This document shows, piece by piece, positions 50,110 to 61,657 of a stretch of 64,000 nucleotides of DNA. Location of the stretch: positions 57,164,001 to 57,228,000 of the forward strand of contig CM126222.1 in NCBI GenBank assembly GCA_052327205.1. The letters are read 5' to 3'. The stretch comes from Somniosus microcephalus. Taxonomy: Eukaryota. Below the pieces are notes generated by a model. It ran no database searches. It was not told the DNA's origin and was given only the letters and a program-made list of their open reading frames with translations. The translations under genes were made by a program, and so were the position numbers. Within the stretch, counting starts at the first letter, position 1; each line of letters opens with the position of its first letter.

Positions 50110-51158
50110 CCTAAATTCCCTCCCTAAACCTGTTTGCCTCTCTACCTCTCTCCTCCTTTAAGACGTCTCTTAAAACCAACCTCTTTGACCAAGCTTTTTT
50201 TCCCACCTGTCCTAATATCCCCTTATGGCTCGTTGTCAAATCTTCATCTCATCTGTGAAAATGCCTTATGTTAATGACACTATGGGGTTGATTTTCATGG
50301 AGCCGTCAGGCGGGGTTTCAGGCGTGTTTGGGGGGGGGGGGGGGAGAAATCCCGAACTCGGGGCTCCCGACACCATCCCGCCCAAAACCCCGCTCCACGC
50401 AACTTTCAGAGGCGGCGGGTACCCGCCCCGCACTGGGACCCGCCGAAACCAGGTGGGAAGGGATTAGTGCCAATTAACTGCCTGTTAACAGGTAGTTAAC
50501 AGGCAGTTTTTAGCCTAATCCCTATTTTGAGGGGTTTCGTGTGGGATTCCCGACGGCTCCAAACCACGCCAGGTTAGAGCAGGCGGGCCGTCGGGTTGAA
50601 GGAGTTGGAGGGGTCGCGATGTCGGTGTTCAGGTGAGTGATGGGTGCATGAGTGCAAAGGTAAGTGTGTTTGGTGAGTCTAAAGTGTGTAAAGAACTTTT
50701 ACTTGCCTGTACTTACCTTAACAGCCTTTCTTCCTGCAGCCGTCAGGAGCCCATCACTCAGCCGGCACTTAAAGCTGAATGGCTGCGATCTGTGAAAAGT
50801 GACAGCCTTCAGCTTTGAGTGCTGCTGAGAGTTCTAACTGAGTCTGTGCAGAATGACTCATGTTAGAAATCAGACTGTCAGTGTTTCACAGCTTCAAACA
50901 GCTGTGAAACACTGATATTTCATCTGTCAAGAACTCGTGACAGATGAAATTGCAGTCTGTGACATCACCTGTTGCCGGGTGGCCCTTAATTGGCCTGCTG
51001 AGCCCGCTGGGCGGGCTCAACAAGGTCAATCAAGGGAAAATCACGCAGATTGGCCGGACATCGAAGTAGGCGGGTCTAAAACCCGAAAGTTTTAGTCCCG
51101 CCTTCTTCCCGACTGCGTCAGGAAAATCGACCCCTATATAAATATAAGTTGTTGTTGT
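50110..51158 (+). mobile_element. L2 3' end (50110-50283, 51135-51158) split by a Harbinger MITE
   Basis: The L2 tail gacactat|ataaatataagttgttgttg is restored when the MITE and one TSD are removed. Confidence 0.7.
50284..51134. mobile_element. Harbinger-type MITE
   Basis: TIRs GGGGTTGATTTTC / GAAAATCGACCCC with 3-bp TSD TAT, confirmed by the interrupted L2 tail. Confidence 0.85.
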
Positions 51159-51925
51159 CCATAGCTCCCATATCTTCAAAATTGGATACAGTTACAGCAA
51201 GTCACAAGTGTTTCTTATAGTTTACAAAGTACAGTAACACCGTATAACATTTATAATTTCCACCGGGCAGTATATTAATCTTAAATGTGTCTTCTGAGAT
51301 TCTTCAACTCATTATAAAATTCTACCTTTCATATTAGTCCATAACCACTTCTGCAGCAATTTTCAACACCAATATCAAAATACTGCCAGATAACTATTTT
51401 TGTTTACTTAAAAAAAAAAAAATTCTTAATCATTTCTGTACAGAGCTTTGATTTTTTTTTAAGTATTGACTATTTTATATTAGGCAATTACATATACAGT
51501 AAACAGAAGTAATATAGATAGAAATCAGCCAAAGGACATTCAGTATTCAATGGGATCGTGAAATCCCAAGGGCTTCCAAATATCAGTAGATAGAAATCCT
51601 CTAGACTTTTTCCTTCTCTGATACGACAGGATCTTTAGCTTTTAATTTTGGAGCTGTTCTTATTCTCCCGCCCTCTTTTCTTTACAGTCCTATAAAGAAA
51701 CTTGCTTATATTTTAGATTCCAGGTCTGCGGGGCGGGTGGGGGGGGGGGCCGACACTGAAACATTAACTTATCTTTTCTCTTTTCAGATATTGGCAACTA
51801 ACTGTGTAATTCCAGCATGTTCAGTTTTTGCCCTTGATTAGCCTACACTGAGATACTTTGATAAGGTGAATGTAAAGCCTACAGTTGAAGTGATTCACTT
51901 CTGTACTTTGTCTGATTTCTTTTAG

Positions 51926-51976
51926 ACTCTGAGCGATGGAAATATTACCTTCAAGAAAATTAGCAAAAGGATTTAA
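51926..51976 (+). CDS. FABP1: FABP1-like coding exon 4 (TLSDGNITFKKISKRI*)
   Basis: Acceptor ttcttttag, 51 nt to TAA. Total CDS is 384 nt = 127 aa, ending ISKRI like FABP1. Candidate poly(A) signals are ATTAAA ~52100/52134 and AATAAA ~52289. Confidence 0.93.
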   Translation, partial: TLSDGNITFKKISKRI

Positions 51977-54655
51977 AGTACAGAAACTGGATCTGAACAA
52001 AATGAAGCCTGAACTACACAGTGTCAATTTATATAATTGAAATGAAAGCAACTTCATTAGATTAATAGCTATGAATGGATAATTATTTATATACTTCTGT
52101 ATTAAAGTAGTATTTTTTTCATTCTCTGTCCATATTAAATCTGTAATGAATATTTGCAGTCAAGCTTTGAAAATCTCTAGACTCTGGTTAGTTGGTTGCC
52201 CATTAAGTTGTAGGGCATCTGGGGACAGAAAAATTGACTTTTTGAAACAATTCTAACAAATGCCTGGAAGGAAAAATGTCAGGTTTATAAATAAATAATA
52301 ATTTGATTTGTGTAAACTGAATAATGACAAGTGCCTTAAAGCGTTTTGCAATGAATTTCGCCAGGATCTGCATTTTCATGTTTGAATTGCAACACAGTGA
52401 AACTCTGCCAAAAGGGCATTCTTTCCCCAAACTACTTTTTGTTTGATATTGGAAATATTCTTATTAGATTTTACTACATATGAGGGATACCTTTTTATTG
52501 TAGATCAGGTAACCCACGAGTGAAAAAATCATAAATGAATTATAAAGGTTTATTCACAGGTGGGATAAAACTGGTATCCCACAGTTACACCTTTAATATT
52601 AATATTACCTGTGCTCAATCTCCTGATCAGAGATGCTCTTTTTTCAAATTCAGAGAGATTGTTGCACTTAACACTGACACACCAGTCCCTAACTAAGGGC
52701 ATAAAACCGGCCCCGTTGCTCCCCAGCTTACATAGAGTAACTCAGGAGACACAGGGCACGTGTTAAAGTGGTTGATGGAGCATTTTAATTCATGCCTGAA
52801 AAATAGTATTTGGAAAAAATATTAAGACTATTGGCTTTCTCTTGTTATATTACTCTTTTCAAAAATTATTTAGGAGCTACTTATATTTGCGTTAAAAGAC
52901 AAAGCAATATTGGATACATAAAATTATTAAACATTCATTAAATAAATAATTGCTTTTTTTTTTGTTTTTAATTATGAATAAAACCAAAGGAAAACCCACC
53001 TTCCAGATTTATCAGAACAGGTTTTCAAGATTGTTTGATGTGGTGGAACAATCTGGATAATGTTAAGGCCAACCCTGCCACCTGCAGGCCAGATTCTCCG
53101 AGAGGAAAACTGAATTAAAGTTATTTAACTAGGTCATGGGTAATTTTAAGGATTTTTTTTTTTGCTTTATTTGTAAGATAGCCCATTTTTCAGCCATCAA
53201 GTATTCAATTACATTGGCCTTTTTATCGTTCAGCCCCAATAACACTTTCCTTCATCTAGTCTACTCTTGATAATTTGAAGTTGAGTTTTGCACTAAAACA
53301 AATTTGAATTATCCAGTGATTTGAATTAAGTTGAAGCAATATAAATAGCACAGCAAAGTGGGAAATCAGCCAGAAAAATGTTGAATTATCATATTTGAAT
53401 TAAGCAACCTCAAATTAAAAGGAGCAGGCAGTATTTTTACAAACAGATTAGAGGAAAGGAATTGTATTACAATATTATTGTGGCAAAAAGTCAGTTCATA
53501 TTTTACTGATATCTCTCATGATATAAAAATAATTTGTACATTTTTCACTGGTTTGCTTTCTGGACTGGTAATTTTTTACATTTATTTTTACACCGCAACG
53601 TGAATTATATTTGTCTATGCGAGACATTTCTGCTACCAATTCCTCAGGAATGCCTCTCCAATTTCCCAAAGTAAGAACTGAAAAAGTCTATTCAAGTAAG
53701 CTGGCTGAATGAATGTGCAATCAACAGGGGGTGTTGCTGCATTGGGACAAGCACTTGTAACTGAAATTATTATAAACTACTGCAGAACACTGAAATGGCA
53801 CAAGTTCCAATTTGACTTTGGTTTATTTCTGGGGTGTGTGCTGGTTTGAACAGGTGGCATAAGAGGAGAAGAGATGTTTGCTTTGTCAAGGCATTGATTT
53901 ACCTTGGCAGGAACACAGTATACAACATAATGTCATGCAAATTAGAGGGATTTCCACGCAAAGAAGTCACATTTGCAAATGAAGAAATAGGAGTAAACTG
54001 GGATTTTAGTTGTTTATGCAAAGAACCAGATTATGCTAACAGTGGCATTACAATTCTGCCACCAACAAACTTTTAATTAAAATATATAACTGAATTATTT
54101 AAAGCTAATTTGAGTGGAGCAGCAAGCTTTCCGGCACAGGTGCAATGGGCCGAATGGCCTCCTTCTGTGCCATAAATTTCTATGTTTCTATGAAGCTTGT
54201 AACCCCATCAGGTTTGCCTGATGACTTTAAGTTCCCGAGGCAGCATATAGATCAATGCTACCTGCAATAATTTCACAATTACGTCCATCACTCCAGCTGA
54301 TCTGGAGAGAGACGGAACCAGATGGGTTCAAAGTGCACCCGAGTAACCATGATTTTTCTAAGTACCCTCTCCAGAGATATAAAGGTACATTTAACTTCCA
54401 TTTAAAACAAAAAGGCAAATACAAAGGCTAATACAATTAAAGCTGTAATCCCCAGCTCCTCAATACTGTGTGGTAATGAGCTTAAAAGATTGTAAACTGG
54501 AAGTCACAAAAGCAGTCAGACTTTAAATGGGTATCCTATTCTAATAGGTGCTAAGACTAGCTGTGGAAATGTTGCTATTTCAACCTGCTACAGTGGGAGT
54601 CCATTTGTACCTTTCATATCATTCCCTCAAAGCAGGTGGGGACTGACTAGAAAGA

Positions 54656-55324
54656 CCTCAAACCCGGCACCAAGCTCATGGTCTACAGGGCAGTAGTAAT
54701 ACCCGCCCTCCTGCATGCATCAAGAGACATGGACCATGTACAGCAGGCACCTCAAAGCACTGGAGAGGTACCACCAACACTGCCTTCGCAAGATCCTGCA
54801 AATCCATTGGCAGGATAGGCGCACCAACGTCAGTGTTCTCGCTCAGGCCAACATCCCCAGCATCGAAGCTTTGACCACGCTCGATCAGCTCTGATGGACG
54901 GGTCACATCGTCCGCATGCCCGATACGAGACTCCCAAAACAAGCGCTCTATTCGGAGCTCCAACACGGCAAGAGAGCTCCAGGTGGGCAGAGGAAATGCT
55001 TCAAGGACACCCTCAAAGCCGCCTTGAAAAAGTGCAACATCCCCACTGACACCTTGGAATCCCTGGCCCAAGACTGTACAAAGTGGAGGAGAAGCATCCG
55101 GGAAGGCGCCGAACACCTTGAGTCTCTTCGCCGGAAGCCAAGCACAAACAGCAGAAGGAGCGCACGTCAACCCAAGCACCCCACCCACCCGCCCCTTCAA
55201 CCACCATCTGCCCCACCTGTGACAGAGACTGTAGGTCCCGCATTGGACTCATCAGTCACCTGAGAACTCATTTTTAATGTGGAAGCAAGTCATCCTCGGT
55301 TCCGAGGGACTGCCTAAGAAGAAG
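54656..55324 (+). mobile_element. 5'-truncated RTE (BovB-clade) LINE
   Basis: RTE C-terminus (RMPDTRLPKQALYSELQHGKRAPGGQRKCFKDTLK), terminal C2H2 CPTCDRDCRSRIGLISHLRTH, (AAG)n tail and ~35-bp flanking direct repeats. Confidence 0.88.
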
Positions 55325-55601
55325 ATTACCTCAAAGCGGGTGGGGACTGACTATAAAGAGAAGTATTTTCAATGCAAAGTACATCTCCCTTTAATGCTTC
55401 CTATTTAAGTTGTTCCTAAGGAGAGCTGACATTTTAGGGTGGTATTGTCACTCAGCTGACATCATCCACAGGCTTAGAAAGTATGATGAACCGTTCCCTT
55501 TCTCTCCTGGCTGCTGATCTAAAGTTGCCATTCATTCCTTAAGCCAATACAGACTGAGTACTGCTGTTTACAGTCTCCAGGCTTTTTTTTTAAGATGAGA
55601 T

Positions 55602-56645
55602 GACAACAACAACCTGAATTTGTATAGCACCTTTTAATGTAAGGTACATCCCATAAAGCTTCACTGATGATTATTGGGAATGGAAAAGCACACCAAGTTG
55701 TAAAGGCAGATTAGGAAATGGGACAGAAAGCTTGGTTGAAGAGATGGATTTTGAGAAGGTTTTAAGGTCAAAGAGGTGGAGGGGCAGAGAGGTCTAGGGA
55801 AGGAATGCTAGAGATTAGGACCAAGTGGCTGAAGGCCCTGCCACCAATGGTGGGGTGAAGGAAGGAGTAAAGAACAGAGGAGTGAAATCAGAGCATCTAG
55901 GAGATTATAGTATTGGAGGAGCTTTTAGAGGTAGGATGGAGCAAGGCCATTGAGCGATTTATAGCCAAGATGAAGATTTGAAATTTAATGTGATGGGAAG
56001 CCAGTAAAAGTCAGCAAAAATGGGGATGTTGGATGATCGGGACTTAGTGTGGGACAGAACGTGAATGGCAGAGTTTTGAACAAGTTGGAGGAGGAAGGAC
56101 AAGAACAGCATTGAGTAGTCAAGTCTAGAACTGACAAAGGTATGTATAAGGATTTCAGCGGGGGGGTGGGGCTAACATAAAAACAGGGATAGGCACTGTT
56201 GTGGATCTTGGTAAGCAATCTTGGGGCTGGATTAAATGTAACGGTTAAAACTCAGCTTGGGGTCTAACAGGATACCCAGATTGCAAAGGGTCTGATTCTG
56301 CCCGAGAGGTGGGCTGGTTGGGGAATGGGAAGGGAAAGGATTTTGTGGCAGTGGCTTAGGATAATGGCTTCAGTCATTCCATATTTGAGCTGGAGCAACT
56401 CATCCAGTACTTGATGTCAGATAAACATGAAGCATTCAAGAGGTCAAGAGAAGTTGTGGAGAGATAAAGGTGGGTGTAATCAACGTATATGTGAAAATTG
56501 GCTCAGAGCCTAAAGATGATATTGCTGGAAGATTGTATATAGTCAAGAAGAATAGGGGGTGGTGATAGAGCCTTGGGGGACTCCAGAAATTATACAGATC
56601 AAGAATTATCACTAAAAGAACAAAGGGGGAAGCGGAAAGAAATCT
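55602..56645 (-). mobile_element. Old degenerate L2 fragment
   Basis: Starts acaacaacaacctgaatttgtatagcacc and is a colinear, diverged version of the 1609 L2 that extends further 5'. Confidence 0.6.
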
Positions 56646-56669
56646 TGTCACACGATGTCATTAGGATAT

Positions 56670-57503
56670 GTGTCATCCAAAACTCTGTCACCCGTGTCCT
56701 AACTCGCACCAAGTCTTGTTCACCAGTCAACCCTGTGCTCGCTGACCTACATTGGCTCCTGGTTAAGCAACGCCTCGATTTTAAAATTTTCGTCCATGTT
56801 TTCAAATCCCTCTATGGCCTCGCTCCTCCCTATCTCTGTAATCTTCTCCAGCCCTACAACCCTCTGAGATATCTGCGCTTCTCCAATTCCGGCCTCTTTA
56901 GTATCCTGATTTTAATCGCTCCACCATTGGTGGCCGTACCTTCAGCTGCCAAGGCCCTAAGCTCTGGAATTCCCTCCCTAAACCTCTCCGCCTCTCTACA
57001 GGAAACTTTCTGGTATCCGGCACGGACGGGACCGACGTGGTGCCGGTTCATCAACAATTCCGGATAACTGAACGCTATCGTAAAAGATACGGAGCTCAGA
57101 GCTCCGTATAAAGCAACAAACCCTGTTGAACAGCTTCAAAACAATCGGCACAAGGTGCAAGCGTCTCTGTAGCTTAGCAACAGCTTCAGCTACACCCTTG
57201 CACAGCAACAAATGGAGTAAAAAAAGTAATAAAAGTAAAAAAAGTTACCTGAACCGACTCCTGAATTTTGCCGGTGGATAGAGCGTTCCGGTTATTTAGG
57301 GGCCGGTTAATTGAAAGTTTCCTGTACCTCTCTTTCCTCCTTTAAGATGCTCCTTAAAACCTACCTCTATGACCAAGCTTTTAGTCATCTGCCTTAATAT
57401 CTCCTTATGTGGCTCGGAGTCAAATTCTGTTTGATAATACTCCTGTGAAGCACCTTGGGACATTTTACTACGTTAAAGGCGCTATATAAATACAAGTTGT
57501 TAT
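56670..57503 (+). mobile_element. L2 3' fragment interrupted by a MITE
   Basis: Encodes IQNSVTRVLTRTKSCSPVNPVLADLHWLLVKQRLDFKI and ends aaggcgctatataaatacaagttgtt. Confidence 0.85.
56999..57324. mobile_element. Tc1/mariner-type MITE, CAGGAAACT family, copy 2
   Basis: TA|CAGGAAACTTTC...GAAAGTTTCCTG|TA. Removal restores the L2 sequence cctctctacctctct, confirming the TA TSD. Confidence 0.88.
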
Positions 57504-57894
57504 TGAATGGTGTGATCAACAGTGTGAAATGCTGCAGATATGTCAAGGAGGGATAAACAATATTGTAGCACACAAGTTACAAAAAACAAAGTAGCTTCAC
57601 TCTGTACGATCTCATATCCCTACATACAGCTGCTGCACTGAGGTCTTCCTTGTTATAGGTGGCACTCTATATGAAAGCTACAGTTGTTTGTGCTACAGTA
57701 AGGGCCAATCATTAAAATATTACAACTCCCTGCACTCTCTAGGATAAAGGGAAATTCTGGATTGGATTCGAAGACTATACAAAACAGACTATGAAAGCGT
57801 GTGTGAAAGCAGTTCATTATGTGTGCAAGAGTGTGACACTAGTCCCATTGTGTGAGTCTTATTGGGTGTGGCGGGCTGTGAATTCCGTTAATAG

Positions 57895-59070
57895 TATCAT
57901 AGAAATTTACAGCTATTTGGTCCACTGCACACGTGCCAGCTCTTCAAATGGAGATTTCTATTCTAATTTAATTTTTACACATCATTTTAAATTATTTTTA
58001 AAATATCCAACCCCCTTTTAAATGATATTGGGGTCTCTGCTTCAATAGCTGTTTGTGGTAAAGTATTCTATGACCTGTGTGAAAAGATTTCTTCTAACTT
58101 CCCTCTTTGTTCCTTTAGTGGTCATTTTAAGTCCGTGTCCTGTTACTACCAATTTTCCAACAAGCAAAACCAATCTTTCATTGTTTTCCCTCTCAATTTT
58201 TAAAATAATATTGGAAACCTCTATTAGATCCTCTTAAATTTCCTTTCCAATGAGAAAAGCCCCATTTCTGAGCTTTACTTCATAAATATAATTCCCAGTG
58301 TTATTCTGGTGAAAGTTAGGGTGTCCAGAACTGCACATGATATTCCAACTGTAGCCTAACTAATATCTTGTGGAAATTCAACATCACTTGTTTGCTTTTA
58401 TATTCAATGTCCCTGCCCCAACTCCTCCAAATCCCATTTGTCTTTTATGGCCATATAAAGATTTATGTATCTACATCCTTAGATGGTTCTGTTTCTGCAC
58501 TCTAAGATTGCTTATTATGTGTGAATCCAGTTGCATTGTGAGTGTGAATGCAGTACCATTGTGTTTAAGAATGTGAGTCCACTTTCATTGAGAGTGAATG
58601 GAGTTCCATTGTGTGTGTATATATTTTACAAAGTATTTACAGCACAGAAACAGGCCATTTGGCCCAACAGTTCCACGCCAATGTTTATGCTCCACAAGAG
58701 CCTCCTCCCACCCTTCTTCATCTAACCCCATCAACATAACCTTATATTCCTTTCTCCCTCATGTGCTTATCTATCTTCCCCTTAAATGCATCTACGCTAT
58801 TCGCCTCAACCACTCCCTGCGGTAGCGAGTTCCACATTCTAACCACTCTCTGAGTAAAGAAGTTTCTCCTGAATTCCCTACAGGATTTATTGGTGACTCA
58901 CTCATATTTATGCCCCTTAGTTTTGGTCTTGCCCGCAAGTGTAAAATATCTCTATCAAACCTTTTCATAATCAGGTCGCCCCCTCAGTCTTCTCTTTTCC
59001 AGAGAAAAGCGCCCCAGCCTGATCACTCTTTCCTGACCAGTATAACCTCTCAGTTCTGCTATCATTCCAG
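57895..59070 (-). mobile_element. Two CR1 3' fragments (~57895-58520 old; 58625-59070 younger)
   Basis: Reversed CR1 3' ends; 58625-59070 is near-identical to 8143-8600. Confidence 0.65.
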
Positions 59071-59189
59071 TGAATGTGCCTGTCCAGTTCCACCGGGTCT
59101 GAGAATGTGTCCGTCCCATTGAGTGTGTGAACCCAGTCCTGGTGTGTGTGTGACTCCAGCTCCAGTGATTGCAGAGTGCCTGGGCTGAG

Positions 59190-59385
59190 GGGACGGGCTG
59201 GTCCGGTGCGGGTGTGATCCACTCCGGGACCGAGCCCGGTTCCTGTCCGGGACCGAGCCCGCTGTGGGCCCGAGGACCGTTGTGTAATCGTCGCTTTCCT
59301 GTTTAAATCTCACCTCAGTCTAACTCGGCCCGAGCGGTGGCGAAGGAAAACGGGGAGCCGGTGTGACTTCGAAGGGCCACTCTGA
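59190..59385 (-). promoter_or_regulatory. CpG-rich promoter/first-exon-like segment with a minus-strand splice donor
   Basis: Local CpG enrichment not matching the window's TE families. Minus strand reads ...gccgagttagactGAG|GTGAGA at ~59313, followed by GC-rich sequence. Confidence 0.35.
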
Positions 59386-59892
59386 AGGTTTGTCTTCTTG
59401 CCTAGCCCTTGTCAATAATGTCACTCCAAAGTGTATGAAACACAAACGATGAAGACGAAACAGTATTATTGATGCAGAACGACGTGCTTCCAATATTTAG
59501 TGTTTTGTTTTATGCTTTTAGATGCACAAACTTAACAAAGAAACAAAACACAGGTTAAACAAATAAATATTGCCAGGGCTGCAACAGGCAGGTTGGAGTC
59601 GGTGACGATGCCACTTGTGTTACTTGTACTTGGGGTGAAGCTGAGTCCCTGCCAAGGTAGTACATGGTCTGTGGGAGGGGCAGATCTGTGGAACTGAATG
59701 AATGGCCTTTTCTACAGCAAAGCTTCATCACCCTTCTATGGTATTTCCTGACTTCAAATGCCCCTCAACACTAACCATACGCACAGGCCACAGTCAGGAC
59801 TCTTTTCCCCCCCAATGGCTACACGGCAGTTTTCATTAACATACTGAGACCTTTCCAAACTCCCAACTTGCCCAGTTATTTGCTCTTGTTGC

Positions 59893-59990
59893 TAAAGCAA
59901 AATGCTGCGGATGCTGGAACTCTGAGATAAAAAGAGAAAGTGCTGGAAATACTCCGCAGGTCAGGCAGCATCTGTGGAAAGAGAAGAGCA
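59893..59990 (-). mobile_element. Penelope pLTR fragment
   Basis: aaagcaaaatgctgcggatgctggaa...gctggaaatactccgcaggtcaggcagcatctgtgga, same family as 6167-6407. Confidence 0.75.
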
Positions 59991-59992
59991 CG

Positions 59993-60525
59993 CGAGTTCT
60001 CCCGGTGTCCTGGCCAACATTTACCCCGCAACCAACACCTAAAGCAGATGATCTGGTTATTATCACATTGCTGTTTGTGGGAGCTTGCTGTGCGCAAATT
60101 GGCTACCGCGTTTCCTACATGACAACTGTGACTGCACTTCAAAAGTACTTCATTGGTTGTAGAGCGTTTTGGGATGCCCTGAGGTAATGAAAGACCTTTC
60201 ATCAGAATTGGTAAGAAAAACTTGCATTTATACAGCGCCTTTCACGATCACTGGACGTCCCAAAAGCTTTACAGCCAATTAAGTACTTTTGAAGTGTATT
60301 CACTGTTGTAATGTAGGAAATGCGGCAGCCAATTTGCGCACAGCAAGGTCCCACAAACACCATTGTGATAATGACCAGATAATCTGTTTTAGTGATGTTG
60401 ATTGAGGGATAAATATTGGCCAAGACACTGGGGATAACTCCCCTGCTCTTCTTCAAAATAGTGCCATGGGATCTTTTATGTCCACCGGAGAGAGCAGATG
60501 GGGCCTCGGTTTAACGTCTCCTCAT
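59993..60525. mobile_element. Two DeuSINEs tail-to-tail (+ 59993-60200; - 60214-60525)
   Basis: The - copy contains the Deu domain (gagacgttaaaccgaggccc...aaagatcccatggcactat...gtcttggccaatatttatccc). The two copies are reverse complements over ~190 bp. Confidence 0.8.
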
Positions 60526-60608
60526 GGTAGCTGTTGGAGATTTAACAGTTTATAAGCAAGTACAGAGCCAGGTAAAAAGGGGGGGGGTAGAGGAGGATGA
60601 AGGAAAGA

Positions 60609-61657
60609 ACAGTCTAAGGATAAGGGGTAAGCCATTTAGGACTGAGATGAGGAATTTCTTCACCCAGAGAGTGGTAAACCTGTGGAATTCTCTACCATAG
60701 AAGGCAGTTGAGGCCAATTCATTTAATATATTGACCCAGAAATTCGGGTCACCACGGGTGAGTACGCACGGGGTACTCACCCGTAAGCCCAATGGAAGTG
60801 CCGGTTTCCTGCATGCACTGCGCATGCGCGGGAAACCAGAACTTCCGTTCCCCTGAAAGAAGGGGTTCAGAAGTCGAACGCGTGTGCAGGAGAGGCAGCG
60901 CGTGCGCATCGAACTTACGTTTTTTTTGCAGGTTTTCCCAGGAAGGTAAGTCTCCAGAAGTTAGACATTTAAAAAGCAGTCGCAAGGCCTGCTTTTTACA
61001 AGGTAAGTGGTGAATTAAAACATTTTTCCACAGGTTTATTATTTTTAAATACTTTAAAGAAAGGTAAGTTTATTTTTAGCCCCGATAGAAAATGTAATTA
61101 ATTTTTTTCAAAAATTTAAATTATTGTTTAAAATAGTTATTTCATGTAATTTATAGTTTATTTTTAAAATGTGATGGTTTTTAAAAATTTATTTGAAGAT
61201 TTAGTGATGTTTTGGGGCTTGTAGTATTTATAGGTTTGACAGTCTTCCTGTCAAACTTATGAATGAAGCATTCCCTGCTACCATTGGCTCTCCATGGCCC
61301 ACGTGATCTCAGGGGACGCATCGAACTAACTGCGCCCCTGGGATACGCAAGCACTGCGCGCCGGCAGTTGGAGGAGGCCCAGGACCGCAATTCCATGGGG
61401 GCTCACCGCACAATGGCTAGCGCGCAAGTTAAGTGCAGGTAGGAGGCTTACTCCCGCGGGAAGCCCCCGACCCGAATTTCTGGGCCATTCAAGAAGGAGT
61501 TAGATATATTTCTTAAGGCTAAAGGAATCAAGAGATATGGGGAGAAAGCAGGGACAGGGCACTGAATTTGGATGATCAGCCATGATCTCATTGAATGGCG
61601 GAACAGGCTCGAGGGGCCGAATGGCCTACTCCTGCTCCTATCTTCTATGTTTCTATG
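60609..61657 (+). mobile_element. Young CR1 3' end (60609-60732, 61487-61657) split by a Harbinger MITE
   Basis: Near-identical to 49560-49860, with tail tctatgtttctatgt. Confidence 0.88.
60733..61486. mobile_element. Harbinger-type MITE
   Basis: TIRs GACCCAGAAATTCGGG / CCCGAATTTCTGGGCC with 3-bp TSD ATT, confirmed by the interrupted CR1 (aatatatt|caagaag). Confidence 0.88.

Noticed and set aside
12449-51750. Numerous poly-C/poly-G runs (e.g. 12450, 17560, 20603, 25555, 34486, 39533, 50329, 51739)
   Set aside because: These are scattered homopolymers, often inside TEs, with no periodicity or common context, and their lengths are prone to assembly error.
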